DNA of 63,512 nucleotides, filler included. It is 12 parts of 12 records of this genome, joined end to end, with 100 filler letters (N's around TTAATTAATTAA, not from the genome) between each part and the next. Parts side by side here need not be neighbours in the genome. Positions count along the whole stretch, not along the records: positions 1 to 5,022 come from SRR7504441_6526; positions 5,123 to 8,253 come from SRR7504441_6542; positions 8,354 to 12,411 come from SRR7504441_6545; 9 more parts are not named here. One strand, 5' to 3'. Of this stretch, positions 1-10,596 are shown piece after piece. The stretch's first letter is position 1; each line of letters starts with the position of its first letter. The notes below the pieces were generated by a model that ran no database searches, was not told where the DNA came from, and worked only from the letters and a program-made list of their open reading frames with translations. Position numbers and translations under genes: made by a program.

Positions 1-352
1 AGGGCTGGTCAGCGCGGTGGCCAGCTCCTCCAGCGTGGTCGGCCGCGGCTCGAGCTTGCGGCCCTGGCCGGGCAGTGGCACCTGGTCGGGGGTGAGCCCG
101 ACCAGCAGCACCGTCGAGTGCGGCTCAACGGTGGCCCGGGTGCCGTCGGTGAGGTTGAAGGCGGCAGAGGTGTTGTTGTACTGGCTCTGGAACGAGATGT
201 CGGTCGGGGCTCGAGCCAGCGGCCGCCCGGACATCGTGGGTGCCGCCGAGTGGGCAACCGGTCTAACGGAAGGATGCGTTGCGGGTTGAAGAAACTGCAT
301 GAAAGTGATTGAAAGAGTATAAAACAGTCGTCGGCTCGACCCGACAGCCACC

Positions 353-1042
353 ATGAAAATGCTCCGTCTCTTGCTGGTCGCTGCCATCGCCTCCGCTGCC
401 ATCGCTCGGCTGTCCGAGCACGAATGGAATGAGGACGAATGGGCGGAGGATGCCACTGTCCCGCCCCAATGCCAAGACAACGAACTCCGCGCCCGCGCCG
501 AGAGCGCCCAAGAGCCCCACGCGCAGGACGAGGTGTGCAACGCCAAGTCGCTGTGCCACGCGATGCAGCTGCTGGACGAGACCCGCCAGGACACGACCCT
601 CCCGTGCGAGGGGAGCTCCGAAGTGGAGAAGGCCAACTGCCAGCAGTCTTACTACTCTGGGTACAAGTGCAAGGCCTTGCTGGTGGACGCGTCGCAGGAC
701 GCCTCCGCTGAGACTGTCAAGAGCGGCACTGGAGCCATGTGTACCGCCAACTCTCCCGGCATGATCGCCAACACGACCACTGCGTGCGGTCGGATCCTCG
801 CCGCCCACAGAGGATCTGTCTCGCATGGGCAACTCTTCGACTGGATGACCAACACTGCTGGGCCCAAGATTTGGTCGAGGATTTCGCACGCCGCCATGTG
901 CTCGGTCACCCGGTCACGCCGAGGCAGGCCTCGGGTCAAGTACGCGCTCCTCGACTGCGATAATGCTGCAATTACTGCCATTCCACCCCCAGTTATCGAC
1001 CCCAACGCACCTTACGACCCCTATGCTGACAGTGGGCCGTAA
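353..1042 (+). CDS. Secreted cysteine-rich hypothetical protein
   Basis: 229-aa ORF with signal peptide MKMLRLLLVAAIASAAIA and many Cys; AT-rich 3' flank. Confidence 0.65.
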   Translation: MKMLRLLLVAAIASAAIARLSEHEWNEDEWAEDATVPPQCQDNELRARAESAQEPHAQDEVCNAKSLCHAMQLLDETRQDTTLPCEGSSEVEKANCQQSYYSGYKCKALLVDASQDASAETVKSGTGAMCTANSPGMIANTTTACGRILAAHRGSVSHGQLFDWMTNTAGPKIWSRISHAAMCSVTRSRRGRPRVKYALLDCDNAAITAIPPPVIDPNAPYDPYADSGP

Positions 1043-1463
1043 GTGCAACACCATCAGGGAACTTGGACTCCGTCGCGCCGAGAGCTTGGTTGTCTCTCGA
1101 GCCAACGTCATCAATCAACCGACAAGAACCGGTTTAACAATTGCCAAGTGAAATGATGTTGATTGTTGAATGATAGTTGATTGATTGAATATGTGAATCA
1201 AACACGGGCACTTTATCGGCCAAGGTAGTATTACGATACACGTCGGCCAGATGCGATCTCCCTTATTAATTAATTGTAGAAAATATATAGAAAACGGTTA
1301 CTTCAATACTTATAATTACGAGTATCTAAACGAGTACGAGTACGAGTACCAATACTTTGAGCAACAAGTCACGATGTCCGCATCGAACCACCAACTCCCC
1401 GCGCTCATTGCACAGCTGCTGAGGCGTTGGCAGATGCTGAGTTCCATCCCAAGGCAGCCCGTT

Positions 1464-1571
1464 TCATTTCAGGAGCACGTAGAGGCTTGAACCGTTCTTG
1501 AGTGTCACATTAGTAGCCACACAGCGCTCGTCCTCCAGCACTTTCCCCGCACCGAGCAGCCGGAGATCCTC
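1464..1571 (-). CDS. Ubiquitin-like domain C-terminal exon or pseudogene fragment
   Basis: Minus strand reads EDLRLLGAGKVLEDERCVATNVTLKNGSSLYVLLK*, resembling the ubiquitin fold (RLIFAGKQLED...STLHLVLR); upstream exons unresolved. Confidence 0.4.
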   Translation of the reverse strand, partial: EDLRLLGAGKVLEDERCVATNVTLKNGSSLYVLLK

Positions 1572-2327
1572 CTCTCATGGTCCCGGCACTGGCATTTCAT
1601 CGCCCATTTAGTGTCATTTAGAAGCGAGACACTGCATCCCCTGAACCCAAACGCTTTCTCATAGATCTGGTCGCATGCTGCCTCTCAGCCGGATGCGGTC
1701 ATGCCATGCCGCCTCTCAAACCGGACCAAGTGGATAACATGCTCGGACAACCGACGCTCCGCCGCAGCTCCGGCTGTCTCCGGGCTTCTACCTCGCCCCC
1801 GACCGGTCACCACAGTGCACGCCCCGCTCGCGCATACCCACACGGGCTATCAGCCAGTCAGCCCCTAAAATCCAAGCCATCGCGACTTCAGCCATCGCGC
1901 CGCAGCTATGATCACTAGTTTAGAGCCAGCCGGCGGCCGCGCAGCCCACTGGGCCACCGAGGGAGGCGGACGGCTGGCAGTCTAGGCCGGCGGGTCCGCT
2001 GTGTGTGGCCGGTGCTATGCTCGGGCCCGGGCTAACGGACCAGGGCTTCGCCATTTCACTGGCCGGACTGTAGCACTGTACCTTCGCCGCCGAGCGTTGC
2101 TTGAGCTCGGCAGTCTAAAGCAGCGCGGGCTATGCGGCGCCGTTTACCCCGAGGACCCAGTCTGGCGGGCCGCGGGAAGATAAGGCACCAGGAGGGCCGC
2201 GGCAGGCCGAGACGCTCGTCCCTTTTACGGACTCATCAGCCTGGCTAGACAGGAAGACCCACACGACCCACACAGCCGCACACCTGCTCCGCATCGTGTT
2301 TGTCGGGCCGACCGCGGCAAGCAGAAA

Positions 2328-3963
2328 ATGCGGGTCGCCAGTGTGGTGCTTGGCTGGTGCTGCGGGCTGGGCCTTGGGAGCGTATTCTACCCGGAGATCC
2401 CGGAGAGCGGGCAGCTGGTGTCGGTGTACGAGGCCGAGCAGTTTGTGCACGACTACGCCGACCGGTCCAACTTCTTCAACCCGACGAACCAGTTCAGGGC
2501 CCGCAAGTACCTCAAGCTGGCCCGCAAACACTTTGACGAGGCCTGCGCGGCTGGGGAGCAGCGCAACCGGGCGGAGGACCGGAGCAGTGGGATGCGGGAG
2601 GTCGATAGGCAGATTGCGCTCCAGAGGGATGTTTTCCTGCTGGTGTGGCTGGCCTCGCAGCACATCAACACCGCAGTGGCCTTCGGGGGCACGATGGCCG
2701 GGGTGCTGGCCGAAGCGAGCGACATGGCGCTCGGGCTGCACCAGATGCCGGGGGAGGTCGCGGTACAGGTGGAGCAGGCGCTGGCCTGGGCCAGCCGGTG
2801 AGCCCGAATGGCTGCCGGGGCCGAGCCGGCCGCAGGGCCTGCTCTCTGGACGGCAAGACGGTGAACGCCTGGCTCAGCGAGCGGCTGGCGTACTGGGCTG
2901 ACCGGAGCGACCTTACCCGGCACGACCGGTCAGTCCGCCCGCCGGGGTGTGCCTGCTCAGTGCCCTGCAGCAAACAAGTCCAGTCACTTGCCAAGGCGAT
3001 AGCAGCTGGCCGGTGCGGCTCCGCGAGGTCCGAGATCGAGCGGACGCCAGCCAGACAGCTGTGGCGGTCGATCGCAAATCCGAAGGTCGGGCCGGCTGCT
3101 GGGGCTGAGTGTGAGCTCGGTGGCAGCGGGATCCAGGGAGCCGGTGCGACGCTGCGAGCCACGAGTGTAACCCGGAGCTCAAGCTACAGCCGATGGATCT
3201 GTGGCCCACCCGGATGGCCACAGTGCACATGGACATGCCCCCGGAGTTCCACGAGAGACTCTCGCAGTTGGCCATTACCCGATACCTTAAGCACCAGAAG
3301 GCGCGCCCCCGCGCGCCACCGGGCTGCAATCGCTCACCAAGGTGCAGATGGTTCGGCGTCAGGACCCTCACAGCACACTCGAGTCGATCAACAACGGGTT
3401 CTTCAGCATACAGCAAGAGGCCGAGACTCACTGGCCTGAGCTGCCGCGGAGCCCAGAGTTTCGCAAGCTGCGGCAGCTCCTGGCCAAGGCAGCCTCGCCC
3501 AGAGCCTCAGCTAAGCCGAAGGCAGGTAGCGATAAATTACGCGCTGCAGATCGGCCATTTCCCGATGGGTCGGGACACGCCGGAGTTGGCAGAGCCGGAT
3601 TTGTTTGTGTGGACGGCGGTGTACACGGAGGGCACGCCGCACCTGACCCACTGCCACGACCAAGGGATCGTGAGTGGAGCGTACTACAGCAAGACGCCCA
3701 ACGGAACTTCCCCAATCGTGTTCACAGACCCACGCGGCGGCCAGCCGATGCACATCAACTCGACTGGCGAGGCCCCAGAGACCGAGCCGGAGGCGCCATT
3801 CCACCAGAATGCGGTGTTCTTCCCCAACGTCGGCGACCTTGTGCTTTTTCCGTCCTGGTTGCCGCACCGCGTGCCGCCCAGCACGAGCACGCGCACCCGG
3901 GTGGTGTGGTCTTTCAACCTGAATGGCCCGGTCAACAGCTGGGCACGGAGCACACACGCTTAG
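2328..3963 (+). CDS. Secreted putative 2OG-Fe(II) oxygenase (TIGR02466-like), multi-exon
   Basis: Signal peptide; motifs HCH..SGAYY, DPR, GDLVLFPSWLPHRV, RVVWSFN; introns 2798-2835, 2929-2970, 3086-3126, 3301-3341/3347 (GC-AG), 3489-3525 (GC-AG) join the ORF pieces. Confidence 0.75.
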
Positions 3964-4150
3964 AGAGACAATATGTCTTAGGCAATTTAGGCTCAAGCGC
4001 ACTGCATGTGCAAGGGCTCGCTATCGTTCTATGCTACTGTACGCACACACACTCTTTGGATACTCTTTGGACACAGTTAACTTTCCTTTACATGTTAGCG
4101 AATAAATCCAACAAGTATAGCATAAAACTATGTGAAACAAACGAGTTCGT

Positions 4151-5022
4151 TCAGTCGGCTTTGGCTCGACGAGCGAGTGCGGCCAGCACCATCGGATTGC
4201 TCACGTCAATCTCCGGCTCAGGCTCGGCAGTTTGGCGCTGCCGTGCTTGCCATGCCGCGAGCACAGCTGGGTCCATATCCTGGTCCTCCTGCTTAATTGT
4301 CTTGGCCCGCTTGATGCTGCGCAGCCCCCGCTTGTTGTTCCCCTGCACCGTCGGCTGCTCGGCCGGTGCAGCCGGCAAGTGATTGCCCGTCCTTGGCCAG
4401 TTGAGCTTGCGCTCCTCTGGCAGCCCAAATCGCTTCTTCTCCTCGAGCGGCAAGTTCCATAGCTCGAGACACTGCTGCTTGATCCCTGCCTGGTCACGGG
4501 CGGGCAAGTTCCGGTCCTCTATATACTGGACCAGCTCGGCCAGCGCCACACCCTGCGCCTTGGCCACCTCGATGTTGGACTTTTTGAGATAAGCCACAAA
4601 ATCCGGGTCCATATTGCCCCACTCCATCACCTCCCGCACGTCCTTGCCTGCTTCCATAAGCCGATTCACCTGCCACACAGCTCACCGGCCGCGCCACCCG
4701 GGCAGTCTGCCTCGAACATGCGTTCCACCACCGGCGGCCTCGCCTCGCGCAGCCCGACACACACCACGTACCTACCCAGACTCTCGAGCAGGGCCTGGGC
4801 AGCCAGCTGACCGCTCCGAGTTTGCAGGCCGCGAGGTGACCGGCTTGATGAGTGCGAACTGATTAAAGCTCGCGTACAGCATGTGCAGTAGCCCGGCCGT
4901 GAACGGCGTAAAAACCTGCAACCAATCAGCCGGCCGAGCGGCGGGCGCACGTCGAATAGCTTGCACAGAAACACGCCGCCAGGCCGGAGCAGCAGCAACC
5001 CCGTGAGGAACTGACAGAGAAC
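4151..5022 (-). CDS. CMTR1: Cap-specific mRNA 2'-O-methyltransferase (FtsJ-like), 3' part
   Basis: LRPGGVFLCKLFD / VFTPFTAGLLHMLY / KPVTSRPANSER / YVVC motifs; short introns such as 4916-4950; 5' end cut by contig edge. Confidence 0.85.
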
Positions 5023-5122
5023 NNNNNNNNNNNNNNNNNNNNNNNNNNNNNNNNNNNNNNNNNNNNTTAATTAATTAANNNNNNNNNNNNNNNNNNNNNN
5101 NNNNNNNNNNNNNNNNNNNNNN
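5023..5122. other. Artificial contig spacer (N44-TTAATTAATTAA-N44); also at 8254-8353, 12412-12511, 16496-16595, 20752-20851, 27648-27747, 37254-37353, 41273-41372, 47836-47935, 54979-55078, 59814-59913
   Basis: Identical 100-nt N-flanked six-frame-stop linker occurs 11 times; genes are cut at it. Confidence 0.98.
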
Positions 5123-5382
5123 GGGGACAGAAGCTCCACACAGTATGGCAGGGGGCGTCGACACGTTGCTGATGATCCAGATCGGGCGACGAAAGAGCAT
5201 CGATGCAACGAGCACCATTCGATGATCACACCACTCACCGTTGCTTGTCCGTCTCCAGATCCTCGTCCGAGTCGGAGTGGGATAGACTCTATGGGTGGCT
5301 CGCTCAATGTACGCTCAGTTAATCAGCGAATCAGTGCCTCTCCGGCGGAAGAGCTCGACAACAACAACAACTGAAACCGAGC

Positions 5383-6023
5383 ATGCCGCGGGTCCTGGTG
5401 TCTGTGTGTCGCTGGAGCTGAGCCGAGGGCAGATCAAATACGACAAGGTGGCCCCGGCGGATGAGGACGACGATCCGAACGCCCGTTCCCGCGACCCCGT
5501 GGCCATGCCAGCCATCGCCTTCCGCGCCCTCAGCCTCGGGCAGCTCGTGCTCGCCGCGGCGGTGCCCAATGCCCGGGCCTCATCAGCCGGGGGCAGCTGA
5601 TCTTCTCGCCGGCGTTCGGGGCGGCTGGTCTGGGGCTGGACGCGGTGGTCGGGCTGGCGATCCACCGGCACCTGCTGGCCTCGGACAGGCCGGCGGCCCT
5701 GGGGGTGCTCCGGTGGGCTCGGCCAGGGCCGGCGGCTAACCAACCGGGTGCAGCGCCTATTGGTGGTGCAAGCTGGCCGGGGTGCTGCTCAGCCTGGGGC
5801 TGGTGGTGCGTGCGCCTGACGAGGGCAGGCAGACGCCGGGCTTGGGCCGGGCTGACGGCCGGGCAGCTGGGGGCTGGGGGCGTGGGCCGCGGTTGGGGCG
5901 GTGGCGGCGCTGTCGGCTGGAGCTGCCGGGCTGGCTTGTGTGTTGAGCGGGCGGCTGCCGGAGGAGACCCAGAGCCTGCAGGAGCCGGTCCAAAGCTCGG
6001 TGGAGCAGTCTCTAGCAATCTGA
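5383..6023 (+). CDS. Hypothetical multi-exon membrane protein
   Basis: Hydrophobic segments in alternating frames separated by ~40-nt intron-like tracts; boundaries approximate. Confidence 0.3.
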
Positions 6024-6041
6024 GGAGCTGAGTGGGGGCAG

Positions 6042-6864
6042 ATGCCTCGGATCGCAGTGGTCACTGAGCAAGACGAGTGGGAGAAGGAGCAGCAGGCGCT
6101 CGAGCAGCAGCGGATCGCGCAGGAGGCCGAGCTGGAGGCCAAGCTGCAGCGGGCGGAGGCAGCAGCCGTGCCATAGATGGCGTGACTGGGGGGCAGCACA
6201 TGGAGGCCGAGCTCAAGCTCAAGGGAGAGCCGCAGCCAGCCGCGGAGCCCGTGCCCGCGGCCGGCTCGGAGAACGAGATGGTGCTCGCCTTGCAGCGGGA
6301 AGGCAGGATGGAGGAGGCGGCTCAGCTGGCTGCGATGATAGCTCCGGCCGCGCCAGCTCCGCCTGCCAAGAGCAAGAAGAAGAAGAAGAAGAAGAACCAG
6401 TGCCGGCCCCGTGCTGTCCGCCGGCTGAGACACGGCAGGGACGGCTCGCTGCTGGCTGAATTCGAGAGGGAGTGGACTGCGGCCCCACACTGGTGCCGAA
6501 TCTTGAGCCTCAGCCGCCAGCCGTGGGCAGTGAGGTGGTTGAACTGGAGATGGCGTTCGCACTCGAAGCGTCGGACGTCGAGTCCTTCCTGAAAGAGGTG
6601 CGGCCGGCCGGAGCCGTTGAGTCCGGGCAGGCCGACTTCCAGTGCGTGGCCTCGGGACTGGCCGAGCAGCAGGTGGTCAAGTCCTACTTTTGCATCAAGC
6701 TGGCGGCGCTGCCCGAGCTGCAGGACAGCCCAGCGGACGCCCGAGTGCTGCTCGAGACGATGCACGACCCGGCGGCGATGCAGATCAAGCTAACTTGCAA
6801 GAGCGGAGAGCCCGATGGGGCGAGGGCGGCAGCTCAGCTGGTGGAGAGTTTGTTTGCCATGTGA
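6042..6864 (+). CDS. Coiled-coil protein with beta-adaptin appendage (platform)-like C-terminal domain
   Basis: Exons joined via GC-AG intron 6159-6196; C-terminus AEFEREW...FQCVASG...KSYFC...VLLE...LTCKS resembles the AP4B1/beta2-adaptin appendage. Confidence 0.5.
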
Positions 6865-7076
6865 TCCAACTATTGATTGAATTAGGAACGAGTAAAGGGC
6901 TACAAGTAGGCTACAAGTCATGTAACCAGCCAACTGTAGAGCGAATAAAGGAAAAATAAAGGAACTTGTTATACAATACATGCCAGAATACATAAGCCTA
7001 TCTCCAGGGCTAGCTTAGTGCTCACTTAGTCTTTGCGTTTGCATGCAGCCTTGAGCAGTGGTCAACAGGTAAGCTC

Positions 7077-8253
7077 TCAGAAGTTGCGAGTGGCCAGGCT
7101 GAGCGTGGAGGCCGAGAGCAGCATGAATTGCTCGTCCTGGTTGTTGAGCCCCCAGGCCGCGTACAGTGCAGGCTGGGGCCCGCTCTCCAGGCTGGGCAGT
7201 CCGTGGTGCACCGCCACCGGCTGCAGCTGCCCGTTCAGGAATATCTTGAGCTGTCCTGTGATTAAATCGAGCTCGAGCCCCACTCTGTCGCCCTGCTGGA
7301 GAGGTCGCTCCAGGCTGCCAACCAGCTCGCCCTGGTGCGAGTCTTGACCAGTCACGCACACAAGCCCGTCGTAGTCCACAAACCAGGCAGCCCCGGCCGA
7401 AGGGTCGAATAGTCCACAGTCAAGCTGGTTGGCCCCTTCAGCCAACTGGAGCACCCCGAGCCTCATGTTGCCCACCTGGTCCAGGCGCGACTCCCAATAC
7501 GATGAAGCCCCCAGCAGCAGCGGCTGGCTGCCCAGCACCAGCGAGTACACCGGGCTCGTATCCGCGCTGCCCCCAGAGTCAGCAGGCCCAGCCGGTGGCC
7601 CGCACCGCTTGCGCGCCACGCAGTTATCCGCGAGCAGCTGCACGCCGGAGCCGTGTCGGCCGAGCACGAACTGCTTGACACAGGGCGAGCATGCGGGCAG
7701 CCCGGCCCGAAGCACAGTGAAGTAGAGCGGCTGGTCCGTCCGGACAGGGGCCCCGTGGCAGTGCACCACCAGCTTAGCTTTGACTGGCCCGCTCGGCTGG
7801 CCCTGCAGCACAGACTCGGGCACCGTGCACCAGACCTGCCCCGGTCTCAGCCCGCCCCGCGCAGCCCGGCACCGCCTCCGTCTCTCCAAGCGAGGAGAGC
7901 TGCAGGTCCGGGCATGCTCGCCCGTTGATCGTCACCAGCAGCGCCGGGAGTGGTCCGAGCCGTCGGCCCATTAGGCACACTGACGAGCCCACAGGCCCGC
8001 TGCTTGGGAGCAGGCTGTCGATCTCAGGCGGCTCCTCGAACAGGCTCGGCACGCGCGCGGGGGCCGGCCGGGGTGAGCTGGAGATGAGCTCGGCGGCTCT
8101 GGAGATCTCCTGCTCGGCTTGGAAGATCTGGTCTTCGATCGAGGGCTCGGCGGCCCAGCCCGGGGCCGTCGTGAAGATGCTCACTCGGTCGGTGGACTCC
8201 ACAGCACCGGCCTGCCTCGCAGCCTCCTCCTGAAGCCTCGCCTCTGCTGCTGC
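7077..8253 (-). CDS. IPT/TIG plus SPRY domain protein, 5' partial
   Basis: PEIDSLLPSSGPVGSSVCLMG (TIG) and GDRVGLELDLITGQLKIFLNG..LYAA (SPRY). Confidence 0.7.
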
Positions 8254-8553
8254 NNNNNNNNNNNNNNNNNNNNNNNNNNNNNNNNNNNNNNNNNNNNTTA
8301 ATTAATTAANNNNNNNNNNNNNNNNNNNNNNNNNNNNNNNNNNNNNNNNNNNNTTGGGGGGTGGTACGCGGCGTACACCACATACCAGTAACTAATAGAC
8401 AAGCATGTTAAGCCTGTCAAATGACGTGCCATTATTATGACCACTTGGCGCGAATTACACAGCAAGTAGCACCGTAACGCTGCATAGTAAGTAGTATGCG
8501 CCTATGTGTCCGCATCAGCCAGCGGTGTGCGGTGGCCAGCGTGGTTAGGCCAG

Positions 8554-9072
8554 CTACTCCCGGCTGGTCGGCTCGGCCTCCCCCGGTCTAGGCGGGGCGG
8601 TCAGCTCTCTCACCAGCCTCACATACCGCTCAGGCAGCCGCTTGCCCCTCGGCCCGTCCAGCCCCACCAGCCGCGGCCGGTGCGTCACGCACCCGCGCGA
8701 GTAGTCCTTGCACCGCCGCCGCGGGCTTGGCTCTGCCGGCCGGCCCCACCGCCAGGGCGGCCTGTCATCTTTCGGCTCGTCTTTCGGCTCGGCTGGCGGG
8801 CTGGCAGGGCGAGGCGTGGCGAGCGGCGGGAGGCGACGGGCGGCGAGCTTTGTCTTGGCCCGCCTGGTGGTTGAGAAGGCCAGGTGCCGGGTGTTGGTCA
8901 GGAAGGTAGTGACCTGCCGCTTGGGCGGGCCCGCCGGCGGCTGCGGCTGGTACGGCCGGCGGTGCACGTTGGAGAGGATGGCCGCGCACACGGCGGCGTA
9001 GTCCAGCCCGCCCGGCTCCTCCTCCGCGAAACGGGCGGTCTTTAGCCCGCCCGCCCGCTCGGGGCTCGGCAT
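8554..9072 (-). CDS. Hypothetical protein
   Basis: Open frame from ATG 9072, divergent from the next gene; no recognised domain. Confidence 0.4.
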   Translation of the reverse strand: MPSPERAGGLKTARFAEEEPGGLDYAAVCAAILSNVHRRPYQPQPPAGPPKRQVTTFLTNTRHLAFSTTRRAKTKLAARRLPPLATPRPASPPAEPKDEPKDDRPPWRWGRPAEPSPRRRCKDYSRGCVTHRPRLVGLDGPRGKRLPERYVRLVRELTAPPRPGEAEPTSRE

Positions 9073-9177
9073 CAGCCCCTGCGAACCAAAGTGATCCAGT
9101 TCATCGACCTGTGGGAGCTCAAGGCTCTCTTCGAGCCGCCCGAGATAGCTCTCCTCCGGGCTGCAGTGGCTGGCACC

Positions 9178-10534
9178 ATGCCGGACCGGCCTGACGCGCT
9201 CAAGCCTCCAGTTGACGAGGCTGCCATTTTTGAGGCGTCTGAGGCCGCTCCTTCGGTACAGCCCGGGCCGAGTGCCGAAGCGGCTGCAGCTGAGCCGCCT
9301 GGACCGTCTGAGTCTGCTGCGAGGGGTGAGCAGCAGGGTAGTGCGATGCTTCAGAAGATGAAAGATGAAGCTCTCAGTGAGATCCGACAAATTTCAGTCG
9401 GGCTCAGCTTTGTCTCCCGGCGAGCTGAGGTTCGTCCTATCTCGCAGGAATTTCGGCAGCTGGCAGCCGACCGGCAGTACGGGGAGGAGCGTGAACTGGC
9501 TGCCATAGCTATTCAACGTTGGTTCCGAGCTGTGGTGTGGTTGCGAGCTCAGCTGAAGAAGCAGGAAGCCGCAGACAGAAACAAGCGGCAGGCCAACATG
9601 ATTGCAGAACATGCTGAGCTACAGGAGAAGATGCTGGCAGAGCGGGACTGGATGCGGAAAGCCCCAAGCTTTGGCGGAGGTGCCAAGGAGCTTAAGAAGT
9701 TCCAAGAGTTGCCACTGAATCTCAGGGTCGTGGAGCCAGTTTACTCTAATCGGCGGTCTTTGGCTCCTCTGGGTAGAGAGCGGACCCCATACTTTCCGGA
9801 ATTCATTCCTCACCTCCATCCCCTGTTCCGCAAGGCTCAGCAGGGCTTTGTTTACTGGACCTGGCGCACCAATTACCGGGTCGCTAGAAGAGCAAGTGTC
9901 GTAATACAGAACCTGTGGCCTTCTTCAGATCCTAGAAAACTGCACCACAGTTGCCGTGAAAGATACCATTGCGTTTACCGAAGGTGAAATATTGCGGTGG
10001 CGTATTCGCAGCAAGCGAGTGCATTGCGAGGTTTATGGGCATGATCTATCCTTGTCTGTTTGCCAGCATCTATTCACTGGCGGAACCACGGAATTTGTGA
10101 GTTGCCGCGGGGGTGGTCGGTCGACCGTCCCGCACTATGAGTTGCTGACACCGGTAGCTCTCCGTCACTTCGTCAGTAAACGGTGGCGAGGCAGCCGTGG
10201 GCTTCTTAGAGCTGGATCAATGGGAGGTGCAGAGAGGGTATTTGTGGCGTTCGATTTTACCGGGAAGCAAGTTGCTGTTCAGCATTGTCCGGACGGTGGG
10301 GCCCCGAGCCAAGAAACGCGTGTTATGGCAATGCGCATGTGTCTGGAGATTGAACGCCACTTTGCCTCGTCGGGTTTTGTCCTCAAACGGATCGCATTGG
10401 TGGTTCAATTTGAAAACACCAATCAGCCTCTTTCAGATGGCTTTCTGCAAGAAGGCGTTCTTGTCGAGTGCACACACCTTGACTTCAAGCCTAGCGACAT
10501 GTCCTTAGTCTCGATTCGAGTTCCAGCCGACTAA
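9178..10534 (+). CDS. IQ-motif-containing hypothetical protein
   Basis: AAIAIQRWFR IQ motif; two long ORFs probably joined by an intron near 9900-9950. Confidence 0.55.
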
Positions 10535-10596
10535 ATCCAGTTTAAATTAAGCGCTAGCTAGTCTTACTAGTGGCCAAATTCAATTCTGCCTGCTGG

